DNA from: a bacterium
GTDB taxonomy: Bacteria > Patescibacteriota > Minisyncoccia > Phycocordibacterales > UBA2100
Direction: 5' to 3'
DNA length: 64,000 bases
Assembly: GCA_009924895.1 (NCBI GenBank)
Contig: RFQR01000001.1
Coordinates: 79,575 to 143,574 of the forward strand
Shown here: positions 8,636 to 17,257 of the stretch, one piece after another
Layout of the letters: the number at the start of each line of letters is the position of its first letter
Numbering within the stretch: the first letter of the stretch is position 1
The notes under the pieces: model-generated
What the model was told of the DNA's origin: nothing
Seen by the model: the letters and a program-made list of their open reading frames with translations, nothing else
Databases searched by the model: none
Position numbers and translations under genes: made by a program

Positions 8636-8870
8636 ATAAAAAGCTCTGCTGGTGCAGAGTCTTGAGAAGTGCCGTACTAGCACAAGATCCTGCTCGGGAA
8701 TTTTTCTTCTTTGAAGACCGGACTTGTCCACGTAAGGTGGCATTACCGTTGCGGCACAGTGGAGGAATCACCTGTCCGTTGAAAACAGTTAGGACACCTC
8801 ACTTCCACAAAGAAGTGTGAGCATCATACACCCGCAAGCACTCGAGTCAAATATATGCTTGAATGAGTTC

Positions 8871-9617
8871 ATGATTGGTCTCTTCGATTCGGGCTGCGGT
8901 GGGCTCACTGTGTTGCGTGCTATTCGCGCACGTGCTCCTCAAGTAGATATTGTGTATTTCGGCGACATACGAAATGCCCCTTATGGTTCTAAATCACAGA
9001 AAGAACTCGAACGATTAACCAAAAATGGCATACAAGTATTGCAGTCTTTTGGTGCGAAGGACGTGGTGAGTGCTTGCAACAGTGCCTCCACCTCATTTTT
9101 GGAAGGTGCGACGCGCGGGCGATTTGTGGAAATGACGCGACCGACCGCACGCGCGATGCGACTTCTCGCAGGGGCGCGCGTGCTTCTCTTAGCGACTGAA
9201 GCCACGGTGAAATCGGGTATTTATAATGATGCACTCGATCCGATCGTTTCGCTGACGCCACTCCCTGCAGCACTGCTTGCTAGTTCTATTGAAAATGGGG
9301 AAGATAATGCCGAAATAAGCCGCATTGTCTCGACTCTTTTTGACATCGTGGCGCGTAAAAAGTTTGATGCGGTCTTGCTTGCCTGTACTCACTATCCGTT
9401 GGTTCGTGACGTTATCCAGAATGAGGTCGATGCGCGATGGGGGCATATTCCGGTTCTTGATCCCGCTGATGCGGTAGCTGAGGAAGTGGTGGAACGTTTC
9501 CCAATCGCTGGGGGCGGGAAGACCACCTTCTATATTTCAAAAGAGAGCGCACCGTTCCAGCGATTGGTTCGTCGCCTTTTTGGCGCAAGGAAGTATGCTG
9601 TAGAGGTAGTGTCTTGA
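8871..9617 (+). CDS. murI: Glutamate racemase
   Basis: MIGLFDSGCGGLTVL matches the Asp/Glu racemase N-terminal motif, and a second catalytic-Cys region LLACTHYPL is present. Confidence 0.85.
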   Translation: MIGLFDSGCGGLTVLRAIRARAPQVDIVYFGDIRNAPYGSKSQKELERLTKNGIQVLQSFGAKDVVSACNSASTSFLEGATRGRFVEMTRPTARAMRLLAGARVLLLATEATVKSGIYNDALDPIVSLTPLPAALLASSIENGEDNAEISRIVSTLFDIVARKKFDAVLLACTHYPLVRDVIQNEVDARWGHIPVLDPADAVAEEVVERFPIAGGGKTTFYISKESAPFQRLVRRLFGARKYAVEVVS

Positions 9618-9642
9618 CACAAAAATAGTATATTATACTATG
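9614..9642 (+). promoter_or_regulatory. Promoter overlapping a perfect 15-bp palindrome, a likely operator for the toxin-antitoxin pair
   Basis: TTGACA at 9614-9619 is followed 16 nt later by TACTAT. The palindrome tagtata-t-tatacta at 9626-9640 overlaps the spacer and the -10 element. Confidence 0.5.
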
Positions 9643-9662
9643 TATGTATTATATTGTAATAC

Positions 9663-9899
9663 GTGCATACTATGCGCAACGTAACCATTCCGCTCCCAAA
9701 AGACCTGCTTGCATACCTCGATGAACAGGTGGCATCTCATCAGGCAGATACACGCGCAGGGCTGATTCGTCGCATTATCGCGCAGCACCGCGAGAATGAG
9801 CTTGTTACCGTATGGCGTCAGGCACAGGAAGAGCGTCGAGCGGGAAAGACAGTACGTGGCAATCTGCGTGACATCCTAAAAGTATTTCCAACTGAATAG
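9663..9899 (+). CDS. Ribbon-helix-helix (CopG/ParD-like) antitoxin
   Basis: VTIPLPKDLLAYLDEQVA....AGLIRRII is a typical RHH N-terminus. It sits immediately upstream of a RelE/ParE-like gene. Confidence 0.7.
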   Translation: MHTMRNVTIPLPKDLLAYLDEQVASHQADTRAGLIRRIIAQHRENELVTVWRQAQEERRAGKTVRGNLRDILKVFPTE

Positions 9900-9906
9900 T
9901 TGCACT

Positions 9907-10164
9907 ATGGGAATTGTATTCACGACTCGTTTTTTGCGTTTAGTGAAGAAGATGAGCGTGAAAGAGCAGAAAAAAGTCTTGAAACTAGTTGAAATATTTG
10001 AGAAAAATCCTAAAGATCGTTCGCTCAAAGTTCATAAATTACAGGGCAAACTTGCGGGAGCTTTTGCGCTCTCAGTAGAGTATGATGTACGTATACTCTT
10101 CAGTGTTGAAGATGATGAAATTCTCTTTTTCGATATCGGCTCACACGATGATGTGTATAGATGA
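9907..10164 (+). CDS. RelE/ParE-family type II toxin
   Basis: KVHKLQGKLAGAFALSVEYDVRILFSVEDDEILFFDIGSHDDVY matches the RelE/ParE core. The stop overlaps the murD start as ATGA. Confidence 0.75.
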   Translation: MGIVFTTRFLRLVKKMSVKEQKKVLKLVEIFEKNPKDRSLKVHKLQGKLAGAFALSVEYDVRILFSVEDDEILFFDIGSHDDVYR

Positions 10165-11480
10165 TTATGAACTACCACGATTTTTTTTCAGGCAAAAAAG
10201 TAACCCTCATGGGTTTGGGGCTTCTTGGGCGTGGAGTAGGGGATGCTCAGTTTTTACTTGAGCAAGGAGCGGAAGTTTTGGTGACTGACACAAAAACAGA
10301 ATCAGAATTGAGTGAATCATTGGCTCAACTTGAGGGAGAAAAAAACGTATCGTTTCGTCTTGGTGGGCATGACACCCTCGATTTTATTGATACCGATATG
10401 GTGATAAAAGGGGCGGGGGTTCCTCTCAACTCTACCTACATTACCGATGCAAAACGCGCTGGCATACCGGTATACATGTCTACTGCTCTTGCGGCACAAT
10501 TTGCGCGAGAAATGGGCGTGAAGATTGTTGGCGTGACGGGCACGCGCGGAAAAAGTACGGTGACTCAGATGATTGTTCATGTTCTCAAACAATCAGGTCA
10601 TCGTGCACATGTAGGAGGAAATGTGCGCGGTGTTTCAACGCTCGCGCTGTTACCGCAGCTCAAGAAGGGAGATATTCTCGTTCTTGAGCTTGATTCATGG
10701 CAGCTGCAAGGCTTTGGCGACTTGAAGATAAGTCCTGATGTGTCAGTATTTACTAATTTGATGCCCGATCATCAAAACTATTACCTAAATCTCGACGTAT
10801 ATTTTGAAGATAAAGCAAAAATATTTTCACATCAAAAATCAAGCGACATTTTTATCTGCGCTAGGGGGATATTCGAAAAGGTAAAAGCGGCTCATCCACC
10901 GGTCGTGCCTCGTATCCCTGCGCCACTTCCTGATTCATGGGTAGTACGGGTACCGGGCATGCACAATCGTGAAAATGCGGCTTTTGCTGTAGAAGCGCTC
11001 CGCGCGCTTGGTGTATCAGAAGAGGAGATACAGAAGGGTCTCGAGTCATTTGAAGGAGTGGAAGGAAGGCTTCAGTTTGTAAAAGAAATTCGCGGCATCA
11101 AAATCTATAACGACAATAATTCCACAACACCAGAAGCAACAATCGCGGCGCTCAAGGCACTCGACCATGAAAAGAAAAATATCATTTTGATTGCTGGCGG
11201 GTCTGATAAAGGGCTCGATATGAGCGCGCTCTTATACGAAATCGCACACACCTGTAAACGCGTGATTTTGCTTGCGGGGAAGGGTACCGACCGCGTTGTG
11301 CCGTTTATGCAAGACTACTCAATTTTTGATTCACTCGAAGCTGCAGTACATGAAGCAGTACGCGCGGCGCAGCCAGGGGATGTGGTTCTTTTCAGCCCGG
11401 CGTTTGCATCGTTTGGCATGTTTAAAAATGAATACGAGAGGAATGACCGATTCTTGCAAATAATGAAAGATGTGACATAA
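10161..11480 (+). CDS. murD: UDP-N-acetylmuramoylalanine--D-glutamate ligase
   Basis: An N-terminal Rossmann motif (LGLLGRGVG), the Mur ligase P-loop GTRGKST and the C-terminal Mur ligase domain are all present. Confidence 0.9.
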   Translation: MIMNYHDFFSGKKVTLMGLGLLGRGVGDAQFLLEQGAEVLVTDTKTESELSESLAQLEGEKNVSFRLGGHDTLDFIDTDMVIKGAGVPLNSTYITDAKRAGIPVYMSTALAAQFAREMGVKIVGVTGTRGKSTVTQMIVHVLKQSGHRAHVGGNVRGVSTLALLPQLKKGDILVLELDSWQLQGFGDLKISPDVSVFTNLMPDHQNYYLNLDVYFEDKAKIFSHQKSSDIFICARGIFEKVKAAHPPVVPRIPAPLPDSWVVRVPGMHNRENAAFAVEALRALGVSEEEIQKGLESFEGVEGRLQFVKEIRGIKIYNDNNSTTPEATIAALKALDHEKKNIILIAGGSDKGLDMSALLYEIAHTCKRVILLAGKGTDRVVPFMQDYSIFDSLEAAVHEAVRAAQPGDVVLFSPAFASFGMFKNEYERNDRFLQIMKDVT

Positions 11481-11540
11481 TTTGGCGAGCCTTGGCATCC
11501 CGCCAAGAGCCTTGAAAAGGAGCTGACCATGTGACAGGAC

Positions 11541-12044
11541 ATGCTCGGAATCGTTGCGGATTTCACGACGAAATTGCGCACAGGAGCAATTACGCCAGAA
11601 GAAGCAAAGCGTTTTTTGCGGCGCGAAGACCCCTTTGCCCCACAAACCGCGGGCACCTTCAACCCCGCCACCTTCATCGGTAAAAACTGGGACATCATCG
11701 GCGAGCATAAATCCCTCCCCGAAGGATGGAACCCCTCTTTACTCAAGACAGTCTGCCCCCTCAAAAAGTGCGAGTCGTACCTCAACGGGAACGAATGGAA
11801 GAAACGCCTCGAAGGCACCAGCCTCCTCGGCGTGGAAGCCTTCTGGCTCTGCTGGAACAATCAAGAGCAGATTCCCGCAGAGCTGAAAGACAAGATCATC
11901 TTCTTCGACGGAGATGAGCTGCGCGGTCCGGACGACGATCGGTACTCGTTGTGCCTCAACTGGCACGGTGGACGGTGGGACTGGAGCTTCGACTGGCTCG
12001 GCGACAGCCGTAACGCGAGCTACGTCTCTGCGTGTGCAGGTTAG
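11541..12044 (+). CDS. Hypothetical Trp-rich protein encoded by a GC-rich, probably foreign segment
   Basis: The reading frame has a consistent high-GC3 codon bias and the segment GC is well above its neighbours. No known motif was recognised. Overlapping ORFs in other frames were judged to be shadows. Confidence 0.5.
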   Translation: MLGIVADFTTKLRTGAITPEEAKRFLRREDPFAPQTAGTFNPATFIGKNWDIIGEHKSLPEGWNPSLLKTVCPLKKCESYLNGNEWKKRLEGTSLLGVEAFWLCWNNQEQIPAELKDKIIFFDGDELRGPDDDRYSLCLNWHGGRWDWSFDWLGDSRNASYVSACAG

Positions 12045-12093
12045 CACTGAGAGCTAAAACCCTCAGCACTGCACTTGGATGCTTTGAACTTTG

Positions 12094-12124
12094 CCCCCAC
12101 CAAACTATCGGTGGGGGATTTTGT
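12094..12124 (+). terminator. Intrinsic terminator
   Basis: The hairpin cccccacc-aaactatc-ggtggggg is followed by attttgtt. Confidence 0.55.
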
Positions 12125-12155
12125 TACACTTACAAACGGTAGTAGGCGATTATGA

Positions 12156-12554
12156 ATGAGATTACGATTTCATTCTGCCTCAATCCAGTATCTGCACAAA
12201 CAGAATGGGTGCGATTTTCGATATGTAAATGATTTTGTTATTCTTTCCCGTAACCGTACCGAACTCGAAATGCTACTGCACCCCTTGGAATATTTTCTAA
12301 AAGAAAGACTTAAACTACTGCTTCATCAAAACAAGGTTTCAATTCGCACTCTTGCCTCAGGTGTTGATTTCCTGGGATGGGTACATTTTCCCGATCATCG
12401 AGTACTGAGAAGTCCCACCAGACGCAGGCTTATCAAGTTCTGTGCTAATAAAAGCGTAGATGACCCCTCTGTTATCTCATACCGTGGTCTCTTAAGGCAT
12501 GGCAACGGGCACAGGATAGCGCTTCGTATTTCTGGGTACGACGGAGTATACTGA
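12156..12554 (+). pseudogene. Reverse-transcriptase fragment from a group II intron, retron or DGR-like RT, covering motifs 5-7 and a short thumb only, with YVND in place of YADD
   Basis: FRYVNDFVILSRNRTELEMLLHPLEYFLKERLKLLLHQNKVSIRTLASGVDFLGWVHF aligns with RT motif 5 (YADD), motif 6 and motif 7 (FLGY). There is no room upstream for motifs 1-4. The block is AT-rich. Confidence 0.7.
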
Positions 12555-12618
12555 CAAAGATGGCAAAACAGTTTGATGATTGGAATCGTAAAAAACAAAA
12601 ATTGATGAACGAACTAAT

Positions 12619-12945
12619 GTGCTTTTGTACCACACGCGCGAGGTATGGTGGGTGCATCTTGGACTCAATGTTGGTTTTGAACAAGACGGTATGGGAGAAT
12701 ATTATAAACGCCCGGTACTTATTCTTCGTGGGTTGAGTCGGAATGTGTGCATTATTATTCCGCTTACGACGTCGGAAAAAAGAAATATGTTTTATGTTGA
12801 TGCTGGTGTAGTTGCTGGCAAGTCAGCTGCCGCCATTATTTCTCAAATCCGATTGATTGATACAAAACGTCTTGTAGAAAAGATTGCTACTATGCCAGTA
12901 AAAGAGTTTGAAGTTATACGAAAATCGGTCAGAGATTTACTCTGA
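12619..12945 (+). CDS. MazF/PemK/EndoA-family toxin (mRNA interferase), with a GTG start and no evident cognate antitoxin
   Basis: REVWWVHLGLNVGFEQDG..KRPVLIL...IIIPLTT...IRLIDTKRLVEKIATM aligns with the EndoA/MazF core motifs. Confidence 0.75.
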   Translation: MLLYHTREVWWVHLGLNVGFEQDGMGEYYKRPVLILRGLSRNVCIIIPLTTSEKRNMFYVDAGVVAGKSAAAIISQIRLIDTKRLVEKIATMPVKEFEVIRKSVRDLL

Positions 12946-13009
12946 CCGATTTTCGGTATTGTTGCCTTCAGGTTATCCTGAAGGGGAGGCCGAAGCCATT
13001 TGCATTTGT

Positions 13010-14383
13010 ATGATACACCTAACAACACAAAAGTCAAGTCTACCGGTCCACATACATATGGTAGGGATTGGTGGCGTTGGCATGTCCGCGCTTGCCCAGC
13101 TTCTTGTCTCGCGTGGTGTTTCTATAACTGGGTCAGATAGGTCTGAATCACCAACAACCGAACTCCTTTCTCGAAAGGGAATCGTGGTATCAATTGGGCA
13201 TGATGGATGTCTCATTCCGGCAAATACTGAAATGGTTATTTATAGCGATGCGGTGTGGCCGGATAATCCAGAGCGAATGCGTGCAGTGGAGATGAAGATT
13301 CCACAAATTTCGTATTTTGAAGGACTTGCTCGCGCAACGGTAGGCATGCGCACTGTTGCAGTTGCAGGTACACACGGCAAGACAACTACGACCGGCATGC
13401 TCGCCAAGATTTTGATTGATGCAGGTGTGTCTCCGACGGTAATCGTCGGTTCTATTGTGCGTGATTTCGATCCACACTTGCCCAAAGGTGAGATCGGCCG
13501 AACAAATTTGCAAAGCAAATCTGTTTTAGGCTCGAACTTTGTAAAAGGAAAGTCAGATATATGCGTCGTGGAAGCGTGCGAATATCGTGATCATCTCCTC
13601 GAACTCAGTCCTGAAGTATTGGTGATTACCAACATCGAACTTGATCATACTGATTTTTTCCCCTCACTCTCTGCGCTTCAAAACACGTTTCGTACTGCAG
13701 TAGAGAAAGTGCCACGAACTGGCGCTATTGTGACAAATCAAAACGACCCCCACATAAAGCCCGTTCTTGAACACGCACAAGCGCGCATTGTTGATTACAC
13801 ACAAATGGCAGTAGGGAGTCTTTTATTGCCGGGAGAGTTTAATCGAGAGAACGCACGTGCAGCGCTTGCTGCGGCGCACATTGTTGCCCCAAAGCTTTCG
13901 CTTGAAGCCGGCGTTCACTCGCTCTCACAATTTAAAGGTTCATGGAGACGCTTTGAATATAAAGGAGAGATGAAAAGTGGCGTGCAAGTGTATGACGATT
14001 ATGCACACCATCCCACTGCGGTTGAAAAAACCATCGCTGCTGCTCGCGAGAAATTCCCTGGCAAAAAAGTGGTGGTTGCATTTCATCCGCACCTCTTTTC
14101 GCGCACTCGTGATTTTATGGACGAGTTTGCACAAGCGCTTTCAGGAGCCAATGAAATACTCCTTGCTCCGATTTTCCCTGCGCGTGAGAAACCAATTGAA
14201 GGAATAACCAGCGAGGTACTCGCAGAAAAGATTGTTGCTCTCGGTACTTCTGCAAAAGCATTTACAACCTTACATAACATGTACGACTACTGTGTCGATG
14301 CGAATTGGAACGATGATACTGTGCTGTTGACTATGGGTGCGGGAGATATCTACAAAGTCGCAGAACAACTAACAGAAGAATAG
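13010..14383 (+). CDS. murC: UDP-N-acetylmuramate--L-alanine ligase
   Basis: HIHMVGIGGVGMSALAQ, the P-loop AGTHGKTTTTGML and the Mur ligase middle and C-terminal domains are present. The start was chosen at MIHLTT, whereas the track ORF starts at 12908. Confidence 0.9.
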   Translation: MIHLTTQKSSLPVHIHMVGIGGVGMSALAQLLVSRGVSITGSDRSESPTTELLSRKGIVVSIGHDGCLIPANTEMVIYSDAVWPDNPERMRAVEMKIPQISYFEGLARATVGMRTVAVAGTHGKTTTTGMLAKILIDAGVSPTVIVGSIVRDFDPHLPKGEIGRTNLQSKSVLGSNFVKGKSDICVVEACEYRDHLLELSPEVLVITNIELDHTDFFPSLSALQNTFRTAVEKVPRTGAIVTNQNDPHIKPVLEHAQARIVDYTQMAVGSLLLPGEFNRENARAALAAAHIVAPKLSLEAGVHSLSQFKGSWRRFEYKGEMKSGVQVYDDYAHHPTAVEKTIAAAREKFPGKKVVVAFHPHLFSRTRDFMDEFAQALSGANEILLAPIFPAREKPIEGITSEVLAEKIVALGTSAKAFTTLHNMYDYCVDANWNDDTVLLTMGAGDIYKVAEQLTEE

Positions 14384-14385
14384 GT

Positions 14386-15069
14386 ATGGGAAAACTCTCA
14401 ATCGTTGCGACACCGATAGGAAATCTTGAAGACATCACGCTGCGTGCTCTACGGACTCTCAAAGAGAGCGATGTGATTTATGCCGAAGACACCCGTGTGA
14501 TTACCAAACTTCTCGCAAAGTATGAAATTGAAAAACCATTGCAAAGGCTCGATGCTGCCTTGGAAGGAAAACGAATCGAAGAAGTAATTGAGCGCATTAA
14601 TACGGGGGAGAAGGTTGTGTATGTTTCCGATGCGGGTACGCCAGGAATTTCTGATCCCGGAGCACGGCTGGTGGCAGGTGCGCGAGAGGCAGGAGTAACC
14701 ATCGAAGCAATTCCAGGTCCGTCGGCGCTCACGGCGCTTCTGTCTATTGCAGGTCTTTCATCTGACGAATTTGTGTTCGTTGGCTTTTTGCCGCACAAAA
14801 AAGGCCGCCAAACCGCAATAAAAGAGATGGTCTCTTGTGCTCGACCGACGATTCTCTACGAATCACCACACCGCATTGTGAAGTTTCTTGAAGAGCTTGC
14901 AGTGTATGACATGTTTGCCCGAGTCACTATTGGTCGTGAGCTCACAAAAATGTTCGAAGAAGTGCTTGTTGGTACCCCTTCCGAACTTGGTACGCTTCTC
15001 AAAAAGGGGAAAAAAGAACGCGGAGAATTTGCTGTTATTGTTGAACCTTCAATAACCGTTAAAAAATAG
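14386..15069 (+). CDS. rsmI: 16S rRNA (cytidine1402-2'-O)-methyltransferase (tetrapyrrole-methylase fold)
   Basis: LSIVATPIGNLEDITLRALRTLKESDVIYAEDTR and the overall length are typical of RsmI. Confidence 0.85.
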   Translation: MGKLSIVATPIGNLEDITLRALRTLKESDVIYAEDTRVITKLLAKYEIEKPLQRLDAALEGKRIEEVIERINTGEKVVYVSDAGTPGISDPGARLVAGAREAGVTIEAIPGPSALTALLSIAGLSSDEFVFVGFLPHKKGRQTAIKEMVSCARPTILYESPHRIVKFLEELAVYDMFARVTIGRELTKMFEEVLVGTPSELGTLLKKGKKERGEFAVIVEPSITVKK

Positions 15070-15084
15070 GTATACTGTCGGAGT

Positions 15085-15303
15085 ATGTCACTTGACACTC
15101 TCATCATGTTTGCGGGCGCGTTTGTGGCAGTTTTGCCTTTTTTAGGATTCCCGGCAAGCTGGGACCGTGTGATGTTCTTTATTGCAGGTGTATTTGTCTT
15201 TGCGCTCGGTATTGCAGTTCGTCGACGCATACCGCGTAGCGTGCCGCGCACATTTGTCGAATCTGTCCCCCCGCCATCCGATACGAAACAAGAGATCTCG
15301 TAA
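15085..15303 (+). CDS. Small two-helix membrane protein
   Basis: A 72-aa ORF with two hydrophobic segments. Confidence 0.35.
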   Translation: MSLDTLIMFAGAFVAVLPFLGFPASWDRVMFFIAGVFVFALGIAVRRRIPRSVPRTFVESVPPPSDTKQEIS

Positions 15304-15361
15304 CACTCACGTACACAACGCTTGCGCCACTATTGGTGCGGGAATTTGTTACAATAACCCC

Positions 15362-17257
15362 ATGTCTGAATACGTCGACGATCCTCGGCGAATAACCTAT
15401 TTTGCCTCCACGCATACCCGCGGCAAACGTGAGATGTTTGGCATCCGCGCTGATGATCGTGGCAAGCACATGTATGTCATCGGGAAAACCGGTATGGGTA
15501 AATCAACCATGCTTGAAAATCTTGCGATTCAAGACATACAAAATGGGGAAGGGCTGGCATTTATCGATCCACACGGTTCGACTGCAGAAAAGCTGCTCGA
15601 CTTTGTCCCGCATGACCGCATCAAAGATGTCCTCTATTTAGCACCATTTGATGTCGATAATCCAATTGGGTTTAATGTGATGGAGGACGTGGGGTATGAC
15701 AAGCGACACCTCGTCGTGTCAGGCCTGATGGGTGCATTCAAGCGTATTTGGGTTGATGCGTGGAGTGCGCGCATGGAATACATCTTGAGTAACACCATGC
15801 TCGCGCTTTTGGAATATCCGGGCGCGACACTCCTTGATGTGAACCGCATGCTCACCAACAAAAATTTTCGTGCTGCGGTGATTGAGAAAATAACCGATCC
15901 AGTCGTGCGCGATTTCTGGACCGTCGAGTTTGCAACTTATACTGACCGCTATACGCAAGAGGCAACGCCGGCGATTCAAAACAAAATCGGTGCGTTTACC
16001 GCAAACCCACTTATTCGCAACATAGTTGGACAACCAAAATCGTCGTTTGATGTTCGAAAAATGATGGATGAAAGAAAAATTCTCATCATCAATCTTTCAA
16101 AGGGGCGCATGGGTGAACAGAATGCATCACTCTTAGGTTCGATGCTGGTGGTAAAGATTTATCTCGCGGCGATGAGTCGCGCTGATGAACCGTATGTGCG
16201 TATGCAGAAGCTACCGCGCTTCTTCCTCTTTGTCGACGAATTTCAGTCGATGATGAACGATGCCTTTGCTGATATTTTGTCTGAAGCCCGCAAATATAAA
16301 CTCGCGTTAACGCTTGCAAACCAATATATCGAGCAGATGGAAGAGAAGGTTCGTGATGCGGTCTTTGGTAACGTTGGTACCCTCATTACATTTCGTGTTG
16401 GCCCGTTTGACGCAGAAGTGTTAAAGACAGTGTTTGAGCCGACTTTTTTTGCAGAGGATTTGGTTGAGCTCGGTTTAGGACAAATCTACCTCACGCTCAT
16501 GATTGATGGTGTTGGGTCACCGCCGTTTTCTGCAGAAACGATTCCGCCGATCGAAGCGCCGAACATCTCGTACCGAAATGATGTCGTGATTTCTTCGCGC
16601 GAAAACTATTCTCGTCCTCGCGCTGATATTGAGAGAAGTATCACTGAGCGACTACAAGAATTTTTACCGCCGCCTCCGCAAAAGAAGGCAAACTCATGGT
16701 CAAACGCACCGTCTAAGAATACTCAGCCGCCTCGATCACAAGCTTCTGCTCCGAAACCCCCGCCAGAAAGACCACTTCGGGAAGAACGAAAAGAAAAACC
16801 ACGTGATGTGCGTCCGCCGCAAGAAGTACAGAGATTTCCAGAACCACGAGTCTCTGTTGAACATGCGCCACGATTTATTCAGCAGCCGCATGTCGCACAC
16901 CCGACTGTGGTCCAAGAGCGCCCTGCGCCAAAACCAGTACGTCCATTCGAAGTCCGCCCTCAACAGCCCGTTTCTGCGTTTGCAGCACAAAAAAATGAAT
17001 TGCGGGATGCGCTCAATCAGTACCAGAGTACTGCCGCACCGAAAGAGTCTCCCGCCGATCTTTTGCGATCAAAACTCAAAACAAAAGTACGCGAGCAGGA
17101 AATTGAAGCCGGCAACCGGGAGACGTCTCGTCCCTACAATACATCACCACAATCTGCAAAGACACGCTCAGAGGAGCCCACTCGAGCGCCAGAGGGTCCA
17201 CGTGATGATATTCCTAATGAGTTTCTACAACGCTTACTCAAGGGAGGTGATCTATGA
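15362..17257 (+). CDS. TraD/VirD4-like (type IV coupling protein-like, HerA/FtsK superfamily) P-loop ATPase. It is soluble and carries a long Pro/Gln-rich C-terminal tail
   Basis: Walker A is VIGKTGMGKST and Walker B-like is FFLFVDEFQ. There are no N-terminal TM helices. The C-terminus PPPPQKKANSW...PPRSQASAPKPPPERP is low complexity. The start was chosen at MSEYVDD rather than at the long track ORF. Confidence 0.7.
   Translation: MSEYVDDPRRITYFASTHTRGKREMFGIRADDRGKHMYVIGKTGMGKSTMLENLAIQDIQNGEGLAFIDPHGSTAEKLLDFVPHDRIKDVLYLAPFDVDNPIGFNVMEDVGYDKRHLVVSGLMGAFKRIWVDAWSARMEYILSNTMLALLEYPGATLLDVNRMLTNKNFRAAVIEKITDPVVRDFWTVEFATYTDRYTQEATPAIQNKIGAFTANPLIRNIVGQPKSSFDVRKMMDERKILIINLSKGRMGEQNASLLGSMLVVKIYLAAMSRADEPYVRMQKLPRFFLFVDEFQSMMNDAFADILSEARKYKLALTLANQYIEQMEEKVRDAVFGNVGTLITFRVGPFDAEVLKTVFEPTFFAEDLVELGLGQIYLTLMIDGVGSPPFSAETIPPIEAPNISYRNDVVISSRENYSRPRADIERSITERLQEFLPPPPQKKANSWSNAPSKNTQPPRSQASAPKPPPERPLREERKEKPRDVRPPQEVQRFPEPRVSVEHAPRFIQQPHVAHPTVVQERPAPKPVRPFEVRPQQPVSAFAAQKNELRDALNQYQSTAAPKESPADLLRSKLKTKVREQEIEAGNRETSRPYNTSPQSAKTRSEEPTRAPEGPRDDIPNEFLQRLLKGGDL

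Noticed and set aside
12560-12733. A 57-aa ORF (MAKQFDDWNRKKQKL...) upstream of and overlapping the mazF-like gene, considered as a candidate antitoxin
   Set aside because: It overlaps the toxin N-terminus by about 115 nt in another frame, and its C-terminal half is the out-of-frame reading of conserved MazF codons. No RHH, AbrB or MazE-like pattern was seen.
15182-15361. A long N-terminal extension of the TraD-like ORF that overlaps the small membrane-protein gene
   Set aside because: The conserved domain begins at MSEYVDD (15362). The extension is Arg/His-rich and not protein-like, and it overlaps the upstream gene.
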